From IMG/VR virus record IMGVR_UViG_3300025909_000005: a stretch of 64,000 nucleotides of DNA, one strand, 5' to 3'. This document shows positions 18,071-25,906 of the stretch, piece by piece. The DNA comes from a virus (lineage: Duplodnaviria > Caudoviricetes). The notes beneath the pieces were generated by a model that saw nothing but the letters and a program-made list of their open reading frames with translations, was not told the origin of the DNA and ran no database searches. Position numbers and translations under genes: made by a program. The first letter of the stretch is position 1. Every line of letters starts with the position of its first letter.

Positions 18071-18381
18071 GCACACTCTCAAGGATCATCGCAGCTGCTG
18101 ATGCAGACCCTGAGGGGTACGAGTCCGCAACGACGCCGCTCTACAACCGGCTTCTTAAGGCGTTAGGCAAAGTGGAGATTCGTTCGATTTTAACGCCTCA
18201 GCTTTCAGATCAGCACATCGGTCGTGGCTGGCGTCAACTGGCAGATGTACTGCTGATTGCGCCACCGCGAACAGGCAAGTCTGCGATCCGCAACGAGCTG
18301 ATCGTGCTGCGCAGCAAAGAGCGACCTGCGTCTCCGAATGTTCATTTCGACCCACAGTGGTACAATAAATACATCGACTAA
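18067..18381 (+). CDS. hypothetical protein, ADADPxGY family
   Basis: MSTLSRIIAAADADPEGYES. Confidence 0.6.
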   Translation: MSTLSRIIAAADADPEGYESATTPLYNRLLKALGKVEIRSILTPQLSDQHIGRGWRQLADVLLIAPPRTGKSAIRNELIVLRSKERPASPNVHFDPQWYNKYID

Positions 18382-18533
18382 CAAGTTGTAGTTCCGATCA
18401 ACAACCGACGAGGCACCCGAAATGTAAGTCCGACCCTGAGTTTCATCACACAGGCTAACGATTTTGAGTTTCGAGTTTCATGGGAACCTTCTCCATGGTA
18501 AAAAGGTTCCCCAACTTCCCAAGGAAGACCATC

Positions 18534-18890
18534 ATGCAATCGTAGATCCGCGAAGACGCCAAGACCTATCTGTACACCATCTCTCGCCGCGACATCCCTC
18601 TCGCGCAACAAGCTGTGCAAGCCGGCCACGCCGCCCTTGAACACGCTTACCTCTACGGCCGTCCGGCCGACCATCACCCCTCCTACATTCACCTGACGAT
18701 TCGAGACAAGGAACGGCTCGAGAAGCAACGGCGTGCGCTCCAAGAAGCTGGCATTCCGACGGCCGAGTTCCACGAACCGTACAAGGACTGGGGTCTCACC
18801 GCCATTTCCTGCCTCCTCACCGAGGAACAACGTCACCACCTGAAGGGGCTCCAGCTGTGGCGCCTCCCCACCCAAGGAGAAGAAGCATGA
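18534..18890 (+). CDS. peptidyl-tRNA hydrolase type 2-like protein with in-frame TAG at codon 4 (readthrough required)
   Basis: RBS AAGGA 8 nt before ATG CAA TCG TAG; frame continues YLYTISRRDIPLAQQAVQAGHAALE...FHEP...LTAI. Confidence 0.75.
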
Positions 18891-19291
18891 ACTACACCAT
18901 CATTGTCCATGAAGAAGCCCGCCATGGTTACGACCGCTGCGGCGACGGCTGGAACGAACCTGGCACCTTCGAGGTGTTCTGCACCTCTGATCAAACCGAG
19001 TTCGTGAAGAAGTGGGCTGAGTTCGACCTGAAGCAGCCATCCGGTTGCTGGGACGACTTCCAGATCCTGTACGATGGCGTGCCGACGGAATTCGATGACG
19101 CGCACTACGAGCTGGAGCGACTCAAGGACATCGAGTACGCCGCGCTGAAGAAGCAGGCCGAGGCAGACAAGCTGGAGGCGAAGCGTCGCGCCGAGGAAGA
19201 AGCCAGGGTGAAGGCGGCTCGTGCCGTCGAAGCTCAACGACAAGCAGACCTCGCGCAGCTCGAGGCCCTCAAAAAGAAGCTGGGAGTCTAA
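18887..19291 (+). CDS. hypothetical protein with coiled-coil C-terminus
   Basis: RBS AAGGAG. Confidence 0.7.
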   Translation: MNYTIIVHEEARHGYDRCGDGWNEPGTFEVFCTSDQTEFVKKWAEFDLKQPSGCWDDFQILYDGVPTEFDDAHYELERLKDIEYAALKKQAEADKLEAKRRAEEEARVKAARAVEAQRQADLAQLEALKKKLGV

Positions 19292-19292
19292 C

Positions 19293-19817
19293 ATGAAGAT
19301 TACGTACAAGGAAAATCCGCTGGCAACCGTCATCGAGCTCGATGACCATGAGAAGGAGGTCATGCGCCTGAAGCTCAAGCTGGAGATCTACGAGGACCGT
19401 GCCTTCGCCGCCCACTGGGCCCTCGCAAACATTGGCAACGAGCTGCGTGGTCAGATTCGAACGAAGGACATGGCCATCGAGCAGGCCATGAAGGAACTTG
19501 ACCCTGACTACTTGCTTGCTGAGGATGGTGAGGGTATCGAGAAGCGGACTGACGATCTACTGACGTGGTACCTTCAGGAACTCCAGTCATGGCACGACGG
19601 TGACTGCACGGCCTTCCCCGCGTCTTGCTGCAAGTGCCATGCCGAGGACATGCTTGGTCTCAATACGATCAAGGGAATTGGCAAGCACCAAGGGTACGCA
19701 CTGAGCCAGTACTTCGCCCGTGGTCGCACGCTCAATGAGCTCATCGAGGACGTGTCCCTGAAGCAGGAGCTTCGTGACTGGCTCAGTGAACATCGCGAGC
19801 GGCTATCTAGCCACTAA
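19293..19817 (+). CDS. hypothetical protein with DCTAFPASCCKC motif
   Basis: RBS GGGAG. Confidence 0.7.
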   Translation: MKITYKENPLATVIELDDHEKEVMRLKLKLEIYEDRAFAAHWALANIGNELRGQIRTKDMAIEQAMKELDPDYLLAEDGEGIEKRTDDLLTWYLQELQSWHDGDCTAFPASCCKCHAEDMLGLNTIKGIGKHQGYALSQYFARGRTLNELIEDVSLKQELRDWLSEHRERLSSH

Positions 19818-19851
19818 TGCTATTACCCGCTCGCTCACTAAGGAAAGTAAC

Positions 19852-20421
19852 ATGACGTAGGTTTTCTCCCCCAAGCTGCAGGCTCTTCGTGAGAAGATGG
19901 CCGCCTGCAACCAGACCCAAGGCCAGACCATTCTCCAGCACGGCGAGTCCGTGGCCGAGTGGTACAAGGACCTGATTGGTGCACGCACACGTGAGTGGCG
20001 CCTGCCTGACTGGTTCGATCCCGCCCTCTTCGAGCTCTGCCCAGATGTGGGGACGATGGAGCGCTACCACATCTACCATGATTGTGGTAAGCCGTACTGC
20101 CGTACGGTTGACGAAGAAGGTCGTCAACACTTCCCTGACCATGCCCGTATCAGCGCCTCCATCTGGCGCGTGACCGGTGGCGACGCGGCTGTTGCTCGTC
20201 TCATCGAACACGACATGGACATGCACACCCTCAAGCCGGCAGATGCCGACACCTACCTGCACCTGGACATTGCTCCAGCTCTGCTTCTCACCGCCCTTGC
20301 TGAACTGCACTCCAACGCCGACATGTTCGGCGGGATCGAGAGCACGTCCTTCAAGATCAAGTTCAAGAACCTCAACAAGCTCGGCAACCGCCTCATCAAC
20401 CGCATCAAGGAGATCGCATAA
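19852..20421 (+). CDS. HD-domain phosphohydrolase with in-frame TAG at codon 3
   Basis: RBS TAAGGA 7 nt before ATG ACG TAG; in frame with ATG 19897; HG..V, YHDCGKP, HFPDHA, HDMDMH. Confidence 0.75.
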
Positions 20422-20663
20422 TGGACCGCACTGAATACCTGGCTGAAGTCGCCACCTGGATCAACAACTACAACGAACTCTCGGAGAAGATCCGCAAGGC
20501 TCGTACTGCCTACAAGCAGGCCCAACGAGAAGGCGAGTCGGTCTACAAGACCCTCGGTGAGTACGAACGCCTGAAGCACGAAGCCACGGCTGAGCTCAGC
20601 AACCGAGAGGAGCTCAAGGAGGAGGCGCGCCTGGCCTGGGAAGCTCGACGCCAACCTGCATAA
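20421..20663 (+). CDS. hypothetical coiled-coil protein
   Basis: 80 aa. Confidence 0.65.
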   Translation: MDRTEYLAEVATWINNYNELSEKIRKARTAYKQAQREGESVYKTLGEYERLKHEATAELSNREELKEEARLAWEARRQPA

Positions 20664-20729
20664 GCCAGCCACACCAGGTCGATCTGGAGTTACAATAGAT
20701 ATAAGAGCCCACACTCATAAAAGGCTCTC

Positions 20730-21038
20730 ATGAAGCGCGAAAAAGAAATCACAGATCGACTTTGGTACAAAGCACGTTTGACCCCCGTTGCAGCAGGCCT
20801 TTTCACCGAGGCCTTCTACCCGCCCGCAAAGCGGGGTAGCGGGGCACAGTACGTCTTCTTCACGCAAGTGGACACCACTCCTACCTCTCAGAAGGTGGTC
20901 GTGGCCTCGAAGATGTCTGAAGCTGGTCTGAGGATGATGACGCGAGACCTGGCCCAGATGTGCCTGATCCCTGGGGACAAGGCAACGAAGGCTGAAATGT
21001 CTCAGCTCAATGAGCTGAGCAAGAACCTCAAACTCTGA
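20730..21038 (+). CDS. hypothetical protein
   Basis: upstream TACAAT promoter. Confidence 0.65.
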   Translation: MKREKEITDRLWYKARLTPVAAGLFTEAFYPPAKRGSGAQYVFFTQVDTTPTSQKVVVASKMSEAGLRMMTRDLAQMCLIPGDKATKAEMSQLNELSKNLKL

Positions 21039-21040
21039 CA

Positions 21041-21268
21041 ATGAAGATCATCACTCGTTCGAAATCGGCTGGACTCGTTTCATTCAGCACTAACAGGGTT
21101 CACGCCCTCGGTACTGATTGGGCAACGGGTGATCCAATCCTTCCGGTCACCGTCGACATCCGCATTCCCGCTGACAACATCGACAGGCTTATCGACGATG
21201 CGCGGGCCAACGACCTGGACGTGATCGACTACATCGCCAGCCTGCTGCAGAAGAAGATCGAGACATGA
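21041..21268 (+). CDS. hypothetical protein
   Basis: 75 aa. Confidence 0.6.
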   Translation: MKIITRSKSAGLVSFSTNRVHALGTDWATGDPILPVTVDIRIPADNIDRLIDDARANDLDVIDYIASLLQKKIET

Positions 21269-21585
21269 GACCAAATCAGAAGCGTTACCTTGGCCACGTG
21301 AACCCAGCTCGCGAGCTGATCCGTCAGCTTGCCGACGAGGCACTGAACTTCCGCATGTGTATGAGCGTTCGGTTCCCAAGCAAGCCAGGTGACGTTATTC
21401 TGAACCTCCCGCCTGAACAGAGGGCAGCTCTCGCCAACCTAAAGCCCGAGGACCTCATGAACGACCGCTGGCCAAACGGCGTGTGGTCTGGCATGAACCT
21501 TGAAAAGCTGCCAACATGTGGCAGCAGATCACTGTACGACCTCGACTATGACAGAACGTCGCCGCCACTTGCACCTAGACCTTGA
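21265..21585 (+). CDS. hypothetical protein
   Basis: 106 aa, ATGA overlap. Confidence 0.55.
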   Translation: MRPNQKRYLGHVNPARELIRQLADEALNFRMCMSVRFPSKPGDVILNLPPEQRAALANLKPEDLMNDRWPNGVWSGMNLEKLPTCGSRSLYDLDYDRTSPPLAPRP

Positions 21586-22126
21586 GTCGACCCTCATCGC
21601 CCCCGTTCCAACAGGAACTGGAGGCTGGTATCACACCGACCTCTACCCTGCTGGCATCGTGCGAACGAAGGAGTACATCCGCCGGTGGCAGCCGCACTCG
21701 ATCAACATCTTCTCGTTCGCCATCTGGAACGACGAGGAGCGCCAGAACTTCAACCTCGGCTGCCGCCCCAGTCTGGAGAAGGCGCTTGGTGTCAAGTTCG
21801 ACGCCGTGCCAACCGTCGAGGAAATGTGCAAGGTCCTGATCCCCATCTTCCGTCGTGAGCTCTCACGAACTGAGCTGCTCCAATTTCTTGGTAAGCAGAT
21901 CGCGTTTCGAGAGTGCATGCACGCGCGTGGTCTGAAGGGCAACATCGATCCTGGAATTGATGTCACTCTTCTTGACGACGTGGTGTATAATGAAAGCTTC
22001 AACTGGCCCGAGATGAAGATCAGCGGCCACATCCTGAACATCGACCAGATGGAGCACGTGCATGACCCCGACTCAAGACCGATCACTAAGTCAAGTTCTC
22101 CTGGACCACTGGGCTGGGATCGGTGA
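21548..22126 (+). CDS. HAD-like protein
   Basis: HLDLESTL (motif I-like) and LLDD (motif IV-like). Confidence 0.55.
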   Translation: MTERRRHLHLDLESTLIAPVPTGTGGWYHTDLYPAGIVRTKEYIRRWQPHSINIFSFAIWNDEERQNFNLGCRPSLEKALGVKFDAVPTVEEMCKVLIPIFRRELSRTELLQFLGKQIAFRECMHARGLKGNIDPGIDVTLLDDVVYNESFNWPEMKISGHILNIDQMEHVHDPDSRPITKSSSPGPLGWDR

Positions 22127-22391
22127 GAACGTCGACGAGCAGTCCAAGAAGTACTACAAGGACAAGCTCGAGCACGGCACCTGGATTGTCGAGTTCACGA
22201 AGGCAGACGGGAGTGCAGCCGTCATGGAGTGCACCCTCGATCAGAAGCTGACACCGCCGTTGAAGACCGGTTCGACACCTCGACCGGAATCCCCGACCCT
22301 GATTCACGTTTACTCGCTGGACCGCAAGGGCTGGCGCAGCTTTCACGTGACCACTGTCAAGTCATTCTACCAGAAACCGGAGGAACTATGA
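22062..22391 (+). CDS. T4-like SH3/WYL_2-type protein
   Basis: VEFTKADG..MECTL...VYSLDRKGWRSF. Confidence 0.7.
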   Translation: MTPTQDRSLSQVLLDHWAGIGENVDEQSKKYYKDKLEHGTWIVEFTKADGSAAVMECTLDQKLTPPLKTGSTPRPESPTLIHVYSLDRKGWRSFHVTTVKSFYQKPEEL

Positions 22392-22789
22392 GCGAGAAAA
22401 GCGACGAAGAGCTCAGGGAATCTGTTCGCGCCCGGAGCCTTGGCAACTTCATGCAAAACCTCCAAGCAAGGTTCGACGCAAAGCGCGCGGAACTTCTTGC
22501 AAAGTACGGGCTTGACTTTGAGAAGAGGGTCACCACGTTCGGGATAAATAAGGCTGAGCAAGGAGTAATCGACGACTGGCTGGCTCAAGTCCAGGCAGAA
22601 GTCGTGGCCAAGCAGAGCAAAGAACAGCAGGACCTTGGCGCAGGCCAACCCTACTACGGAGCAGTTGGAGGCGGCGTGAGCTACACGTTTACACCGACTT
22701 CCCTCGGCATGATATTGACTGTCAAGGAAGCCATCACGGGCAAGGAGCTGAACGTCACCGATGCCCTCGACTGGTACTTCTACGACTAA
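22388..22789 (+). CDS. hypothetical protein
   Basis: RBS GGAGG. Confidence 0.65.
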   Translation: MSEKSDEELRESVRARSLGNFMQNLQARFDAKRAELLAKYGLDFEKRVTTFGINKAEQGVIDDWLAQVQAEVVAKQSKEQQDLGAGQPYYGAVGGGVSYTFTPTSLGMILTVKEAITGKELNVTDALDWYFYD

Positions 22790-22808
22790 CAGAAGAACCC
22801 TCACAACA

Positions 22809-23399
22809 ATGAAGAAGCTTTTCCTCTCCCTCGCTCTTGCGCTGACGACTGGTCTGGCCAGCGCCGCCGCAACTGTCGGCATCTCGACTGACCTCGATCG
22901 TGCAACAGGTACGAGCAGCCTCGGCATCAAGACGATGTCCGAGACCAAGGCATCTGTCACCGAGTCCACCCGAGTCGGTGCTGTCGATGCAGGCCTGCTC
23001 GCGCTGCGCTTCAATGACTCAGCTCGCGCTCCAAACGCCAATGGCTTTGAAGTCGGCTACGGCAATGGCATCAGCTTCCAAAGTGTTGGCGTGACAGCTC
23101 GCATCGCGGCTGGTCGTCTGAACTTCGTTGATTCGAACGGCGGTGGTTTCACCGGTCACACGAAGTACTACAGCGTCGAAGCACAAGCCTCTATCCGCCT
23201 GACCGACCACATCGACGCCTTCATTGGTGCTCGTCACCGCAATGGCCTCGGCGACTACTACCCGTCTGCCAACAAGATCCAAGTCGGCCTTGACTACGCA
23301 GTCAACAAGCACTTTGACGTGCGCGTCGGCTACGGTCGTTCCCACCAAGATGGCACCAGCTTCAACGGCGTTGGTGTCGCAATCGGGTACACCTTCTGA
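22809..23399 (+). CDS. outer-membrane beta-barrel protein
   Basis: signal peptide, alternating amphipathic strands, C-terminal VAIGYTF. Confidence 0.75.
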   Translation: MKKLFLSLALALTTGLASAAATVGISTDLDRATGTSSLGIKTMSETKASVTESTRVGAVDAGLLALRFNDSARAPNANGFEVGYGNGISFQSVGVTARIAAGRLNFVDSNGGGFTGHTKYYSVEAQASIRLTDHIDAFIGARHRNGLGDYYPSANKIQVGLDYAVNKHFDVRVGYGRSHQDGTSFNGVGVAIGYTF

Positions 23400-23704
23400 T
23401 GCTAGTCCAAGGAATCAAGCTGGTCACAGGCCAGGAGCTCGTCGCTGAAGTTGTTCACGGTGTGGTTGGTGGCGGTGGTGTGGAGCTGAAGAACCCGCTC
23501 CTCCTGATGGTGGCGCCAGGGAAGGACGGCCTCGCCGTCAACTTCTTCCCATGGACGATCATCGCCGAGGGCAACATCACCGTGAACTCGCACGCGATCG
23601 TGGCGCGCTACGACGTGCCAAGCGACGTCGAGGCAGCCTACATTCAGAACACGTCTGGCATTCAGATCGTGTCTGGTATGCCGTCGCAACTTCTGCAGGG
23701 CTGA
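23399..23704 (+). CDS. Sm-like protein typical of T4-like phages
   Basis: IKLVTGQELVAEV...KNPL...FFPW. Confidence 0.6.
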   Translation: MLVQGIKLVTGQELVAEVVHGVVGGGGVELKNPLLLMVAPGKDGLAVNFFPWTIIAEGNITVNSHAIVARYDVPSDVEAAYIQNTSGIQIVSGMPSQLLQG

Positions 23705-23705
23705 C

Positions 23706-23936
23706 GTGAACTTCGTCGAAATCTTCGGTGAGCTCCCGCCTGAGCTTGGAGACATGCTCGTAGAGGCGCTGGAGAAAGCGGAGATTCCAGCAGACGCCAC
23801 GAACATGGAGGTGTTCCTCGCTGCGCACGCGGTTGTCGACGACATCCTGGCGCACCTCGAGAACTACCCACCATCAACACATGTCTGCTGGTTGCTGAGA
23901 CAGGTTCCTCAAGCAATCGTCGACCAGGTATCCTAA
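23706..23936 (+). CDS. hypothetical protein
   Basis: 76 aa. Confidence 0.55.
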   Translation: MNFVEIFGELPPELGDMLVEALEKAEIPADATNMEVFLAAHAVVDDILAHLENYPPSTHVCWLLRQVPQAIVDQVS

Positions 23937-23939
23937 TCG

Positions 23940-23972
23940 AAGGCCGATCACTGTAAATAGGTGATCGGCCTT
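23940..23972 (+). terminator. 12-bp hairpin (terminator-like) with late promoter TAAATA in its loop
   Basis: AAGGCCGATCAC-TGTAAATAG-GTGATCGGCCTT followed by TCTTCT. Confidence 0.7.
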
Positions 23973-23993
23973 TCTTCTATCCAGGACCACCAC

Positions 23994-24671
23994 ATGAAAC
24001 TCGAAGACATCTGCATCAACGAAGAGGACGGCAAGCTGACTGCCCTCGCTGATGCCGCTGAGCAGCACCACCCTGACATCAAGGACGTGGTCAAGAACTT
24101 CCCCAACACCTACAAGAAGGCGATCCACGTTCTTCTTGCCAAGAGCCGCCTCATGTACAACGGCAAGGCGATCTATGATGGCTCCCACAACGGTGAAGCG
24201 ATCGAAGACGCCTACGCAGCCGCGAAGGAAGCAGTGAAGGGCCAAACAGTGGAAGTCGACGTTGACATGGACGGCTCACACGCCGACATGGACGACGCCA
24301 CCTCGTACACGATCGAAGCCGAGGTTGACGACGCAGAGCCGGTCTGGGCTGGTTACTCTGTCAAGAACGGTGATCTCTACGTTGGTCTTGACGCGTGGCT
24401 GAACGAGAATGAATTCAATGAGAAGTGGGACCATAACTTCGAACGCACGTTCGGTGAGGACCACGACCTCGACAACCCTGACCATGACAAGATCTTCCAA
24501 GCTGCTTGGAAGACATGGATCGAACACCAACACTTCCAGGGCGTGCTTGTTCGCGTCAGCGGCGACCATGCTGAAGTTGTAGAGACTCGCCCAGGCGGCT
24601 TCCACAAGGGCATCCTTCACGGCCACGGCAGCTACGAAATTTCTTCTCAGAAGATCATCCCTCTCGAATGA
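23994..24671 (+). CDS. acidic late protein
   Basis: late promoter, RBS AGGA. Confidence 0.75.
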   Translation: MKLEDICINEEDGKLTALADAAEQHHPDIKDVVKNFPNTYKKAIHVLLAKSRLMYNGKAIYDGSHNGEAIEDAYAAAKEAVKGQTVEVDVDMDGSHADMDDATSYTIEAEVDDAEPVWAGYSVKNGDLYVGLDAWLNENEFNEKWDHNFERTFGEDHDLDNPDHDKIFQAAWKTWIEHQHFQGVLVRVSGDHAEVVETRPGGFHKGILHGHGSYEISSQKIIPLE

Positions 24672-24874
24672 CAGCCACGCCTAATCCTATGGAACGAGTT
24701 GCGGCCCTTGAGAAGCAGGTCATTCTCCTGCTGAAGGTGACGAAGGAGCAGGAGACGCGGATCAAGAAGCAAGAGGCGGCAATTGCAGCCCTGAGGAAGG
24801 AGCATGCTGCCCACAAGGATCATGTCAACCTCATTCAACGTGGCGTACACGATCTTCAGAACAGGGTCAAGTGA
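24668..24874 (+). CDS. coiled-coil hypothetical protein
   Basis: 68 aa, ATGA overlap. Confidence 0.6.
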   Translation: MTATPNPMERVAALEKQVILLLKVTKEQETRIKKQEAAIAALRKEHAAHKDHVNLIQRGVHDLQNRVK

Positions 24875-24929
24875 CAAGTCAACCTGCACAAACGTCCACG
24901 CTTTTCGGGCGAAACGCATATATAATCTC

Positions 24930-25040
24930 ATGAACGCAAACCTTACATCACTCGCCGCTTTGGTCGCACTGCTTCCTGGATCAGGTTGCAGCTCGCTGTC
25001 CCCTGCTGCGGTCTATGTAACAAAGGGTTCCCGAATCTAA
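24930..25040 (+). CDS. 36-aa near-leaderless small ORF
   Basis: TATAAT at 24921, ATG 24930, followed by a terminator. Confidence 0.35.
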   Translation: MNANLTSLAALVALLPGSGCSSLSPAAVYVTKGSRI

Positions 25041-25058
25041 CGAGTGCTAAGCTCTAGA

Positions 25059-25097
25059 CGAAGGGACCCTCTGAAAAGACGGTCCCTTTGTTGTTTT
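25059..25097 (+). terminator. intrinsic terminator
   Basis: AAGGGACC...GGTCCCTTT followed by GTTGTTTT. Confidence 0.65.
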
Positions 25098-25104
25098 CAA
25101 GGTT

Positions 25105-25332
25105 ACAAAATTTGTGTGTACAAGCACGCAGCCGATGATAGAATAGCTTCATCGGTTGAAAAACTGATAACGAGTTAGGTCTTCCAAACAAAGACTGCGT
25201 CCGCAGATGGACTCTCTGAGACGGGAAAATTCTGCAGTTTGAACACTGATTGCAAAATTTGTGTACAAGCAAACGAAGTTGTTGTAAAATAGCTTCTTCA
25301 GTCAAACAACGGTTTGATTGGTTCTTTAACAA
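25105..25332 (+). promoter_or_regulatory. tandem promoters plus boxB-like hairpin and boxA (rrn-like leader) of the tRNA array
   Basis: P1 TGTACA-16-TAGAAT, P2 TGTACA-17-TAAAAT, shared CAAAATTTGTG upstream; hairpin 25299-25320; GGTTCTTTAACA 25320-25331. Confidence 0.7.
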
Positions 25333-25339
25333 TTTGAGA

Positions 25340-25456
25340 TGCCAACAGCTTACGCTATCTGGCGACAATCGAGATTGGTTCACTTCATCGCGGGCTCCGG
25401 GGTGTTGGACTAGTAGAAGGTCTCGTAGCTTGATAGACGTAAGAGGACTGTTGGCA
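25340..25456 (+). ncRNA. 117-nt rod-shaped structured RNA of unknown family
   Basis: TGCCAACAG/CTGTTGGCA, CTTACG/CGTAAG, CTATC/GATAG, CGAGAT/GTCTCG stacked stems. Confidence 0.5.
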
Positions 25457-25540
25457 GTGGAGCAAGGGTCTCGGTAGCCTTGCTTAAATTCCCATGTGCC
25501 CTCACAAGAACACGTGGAGTCCATCACAACAGTCCATTCT

Positions 25541-25615
25541 GGGTCCTTAGCTCAGCGGTAGAGCCCCTCCCTTACAAGGAGATTGTCGTAGGTTCGATCC
25601 CTACAGGACCCACCA
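25541..25615 (+). tRNA. tRNA-Val(TAC)
   Basis: cloverleaf, loop CTTACAA, CCA. Confidence 0.9.
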
Positions 25616-25683
25616 TATCAAAGCGCTCCATGGTAGCGTAAGTCTTTTCATGCGGCCGCCGGTCGAGCGTTTTGATATGGTAA

Positions 25684-25808
25684 GGTGTTTGTGGGCAAGA
25701 GACGAAGCCGCCTGCGATTAAGTGGGTTCCAAGTCAATGAGTAGCGTCACCCTTGGGGTCGCGAAAAGCGAGCAAACACGCTGGTTTGAATCCAGCCAAA
25801 CACCACCA
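25684..25808 (+). ncRNA. tRNA-like RNA with 8-bp acceptor, 5-bp T-stem and about 58-nt variable domain
   Basis: GGTGTTTG/CAAACACC-A-CCA; GCTGG-TTTGAAT-CCAGC. Confidence 0.6.
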
Positions 25809-25906
25809 TATCAAAGCACACTCGGTTGTGGCAAGATCAACCAACGTCTGCAGCGTATCCTGCCCAAGGGATCGTGGTTGCGCCTAGTGTGCTTTGATAT
25901 GGTAAT

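Noticed and set aside
25340-25456. 5S rRNA or 4.5S SRP RNA
   Set aside because: The size and terminal helix fit, but the 5S CCGAAC loop and the SRP CAGG..GNRA..AGCA motif are absent.
25684-25808. Selenocysteine tRNA
   Set aside because: The 8/5 geometry fits, but there is no UCA anticodon and the D-arm is not SelC-like.
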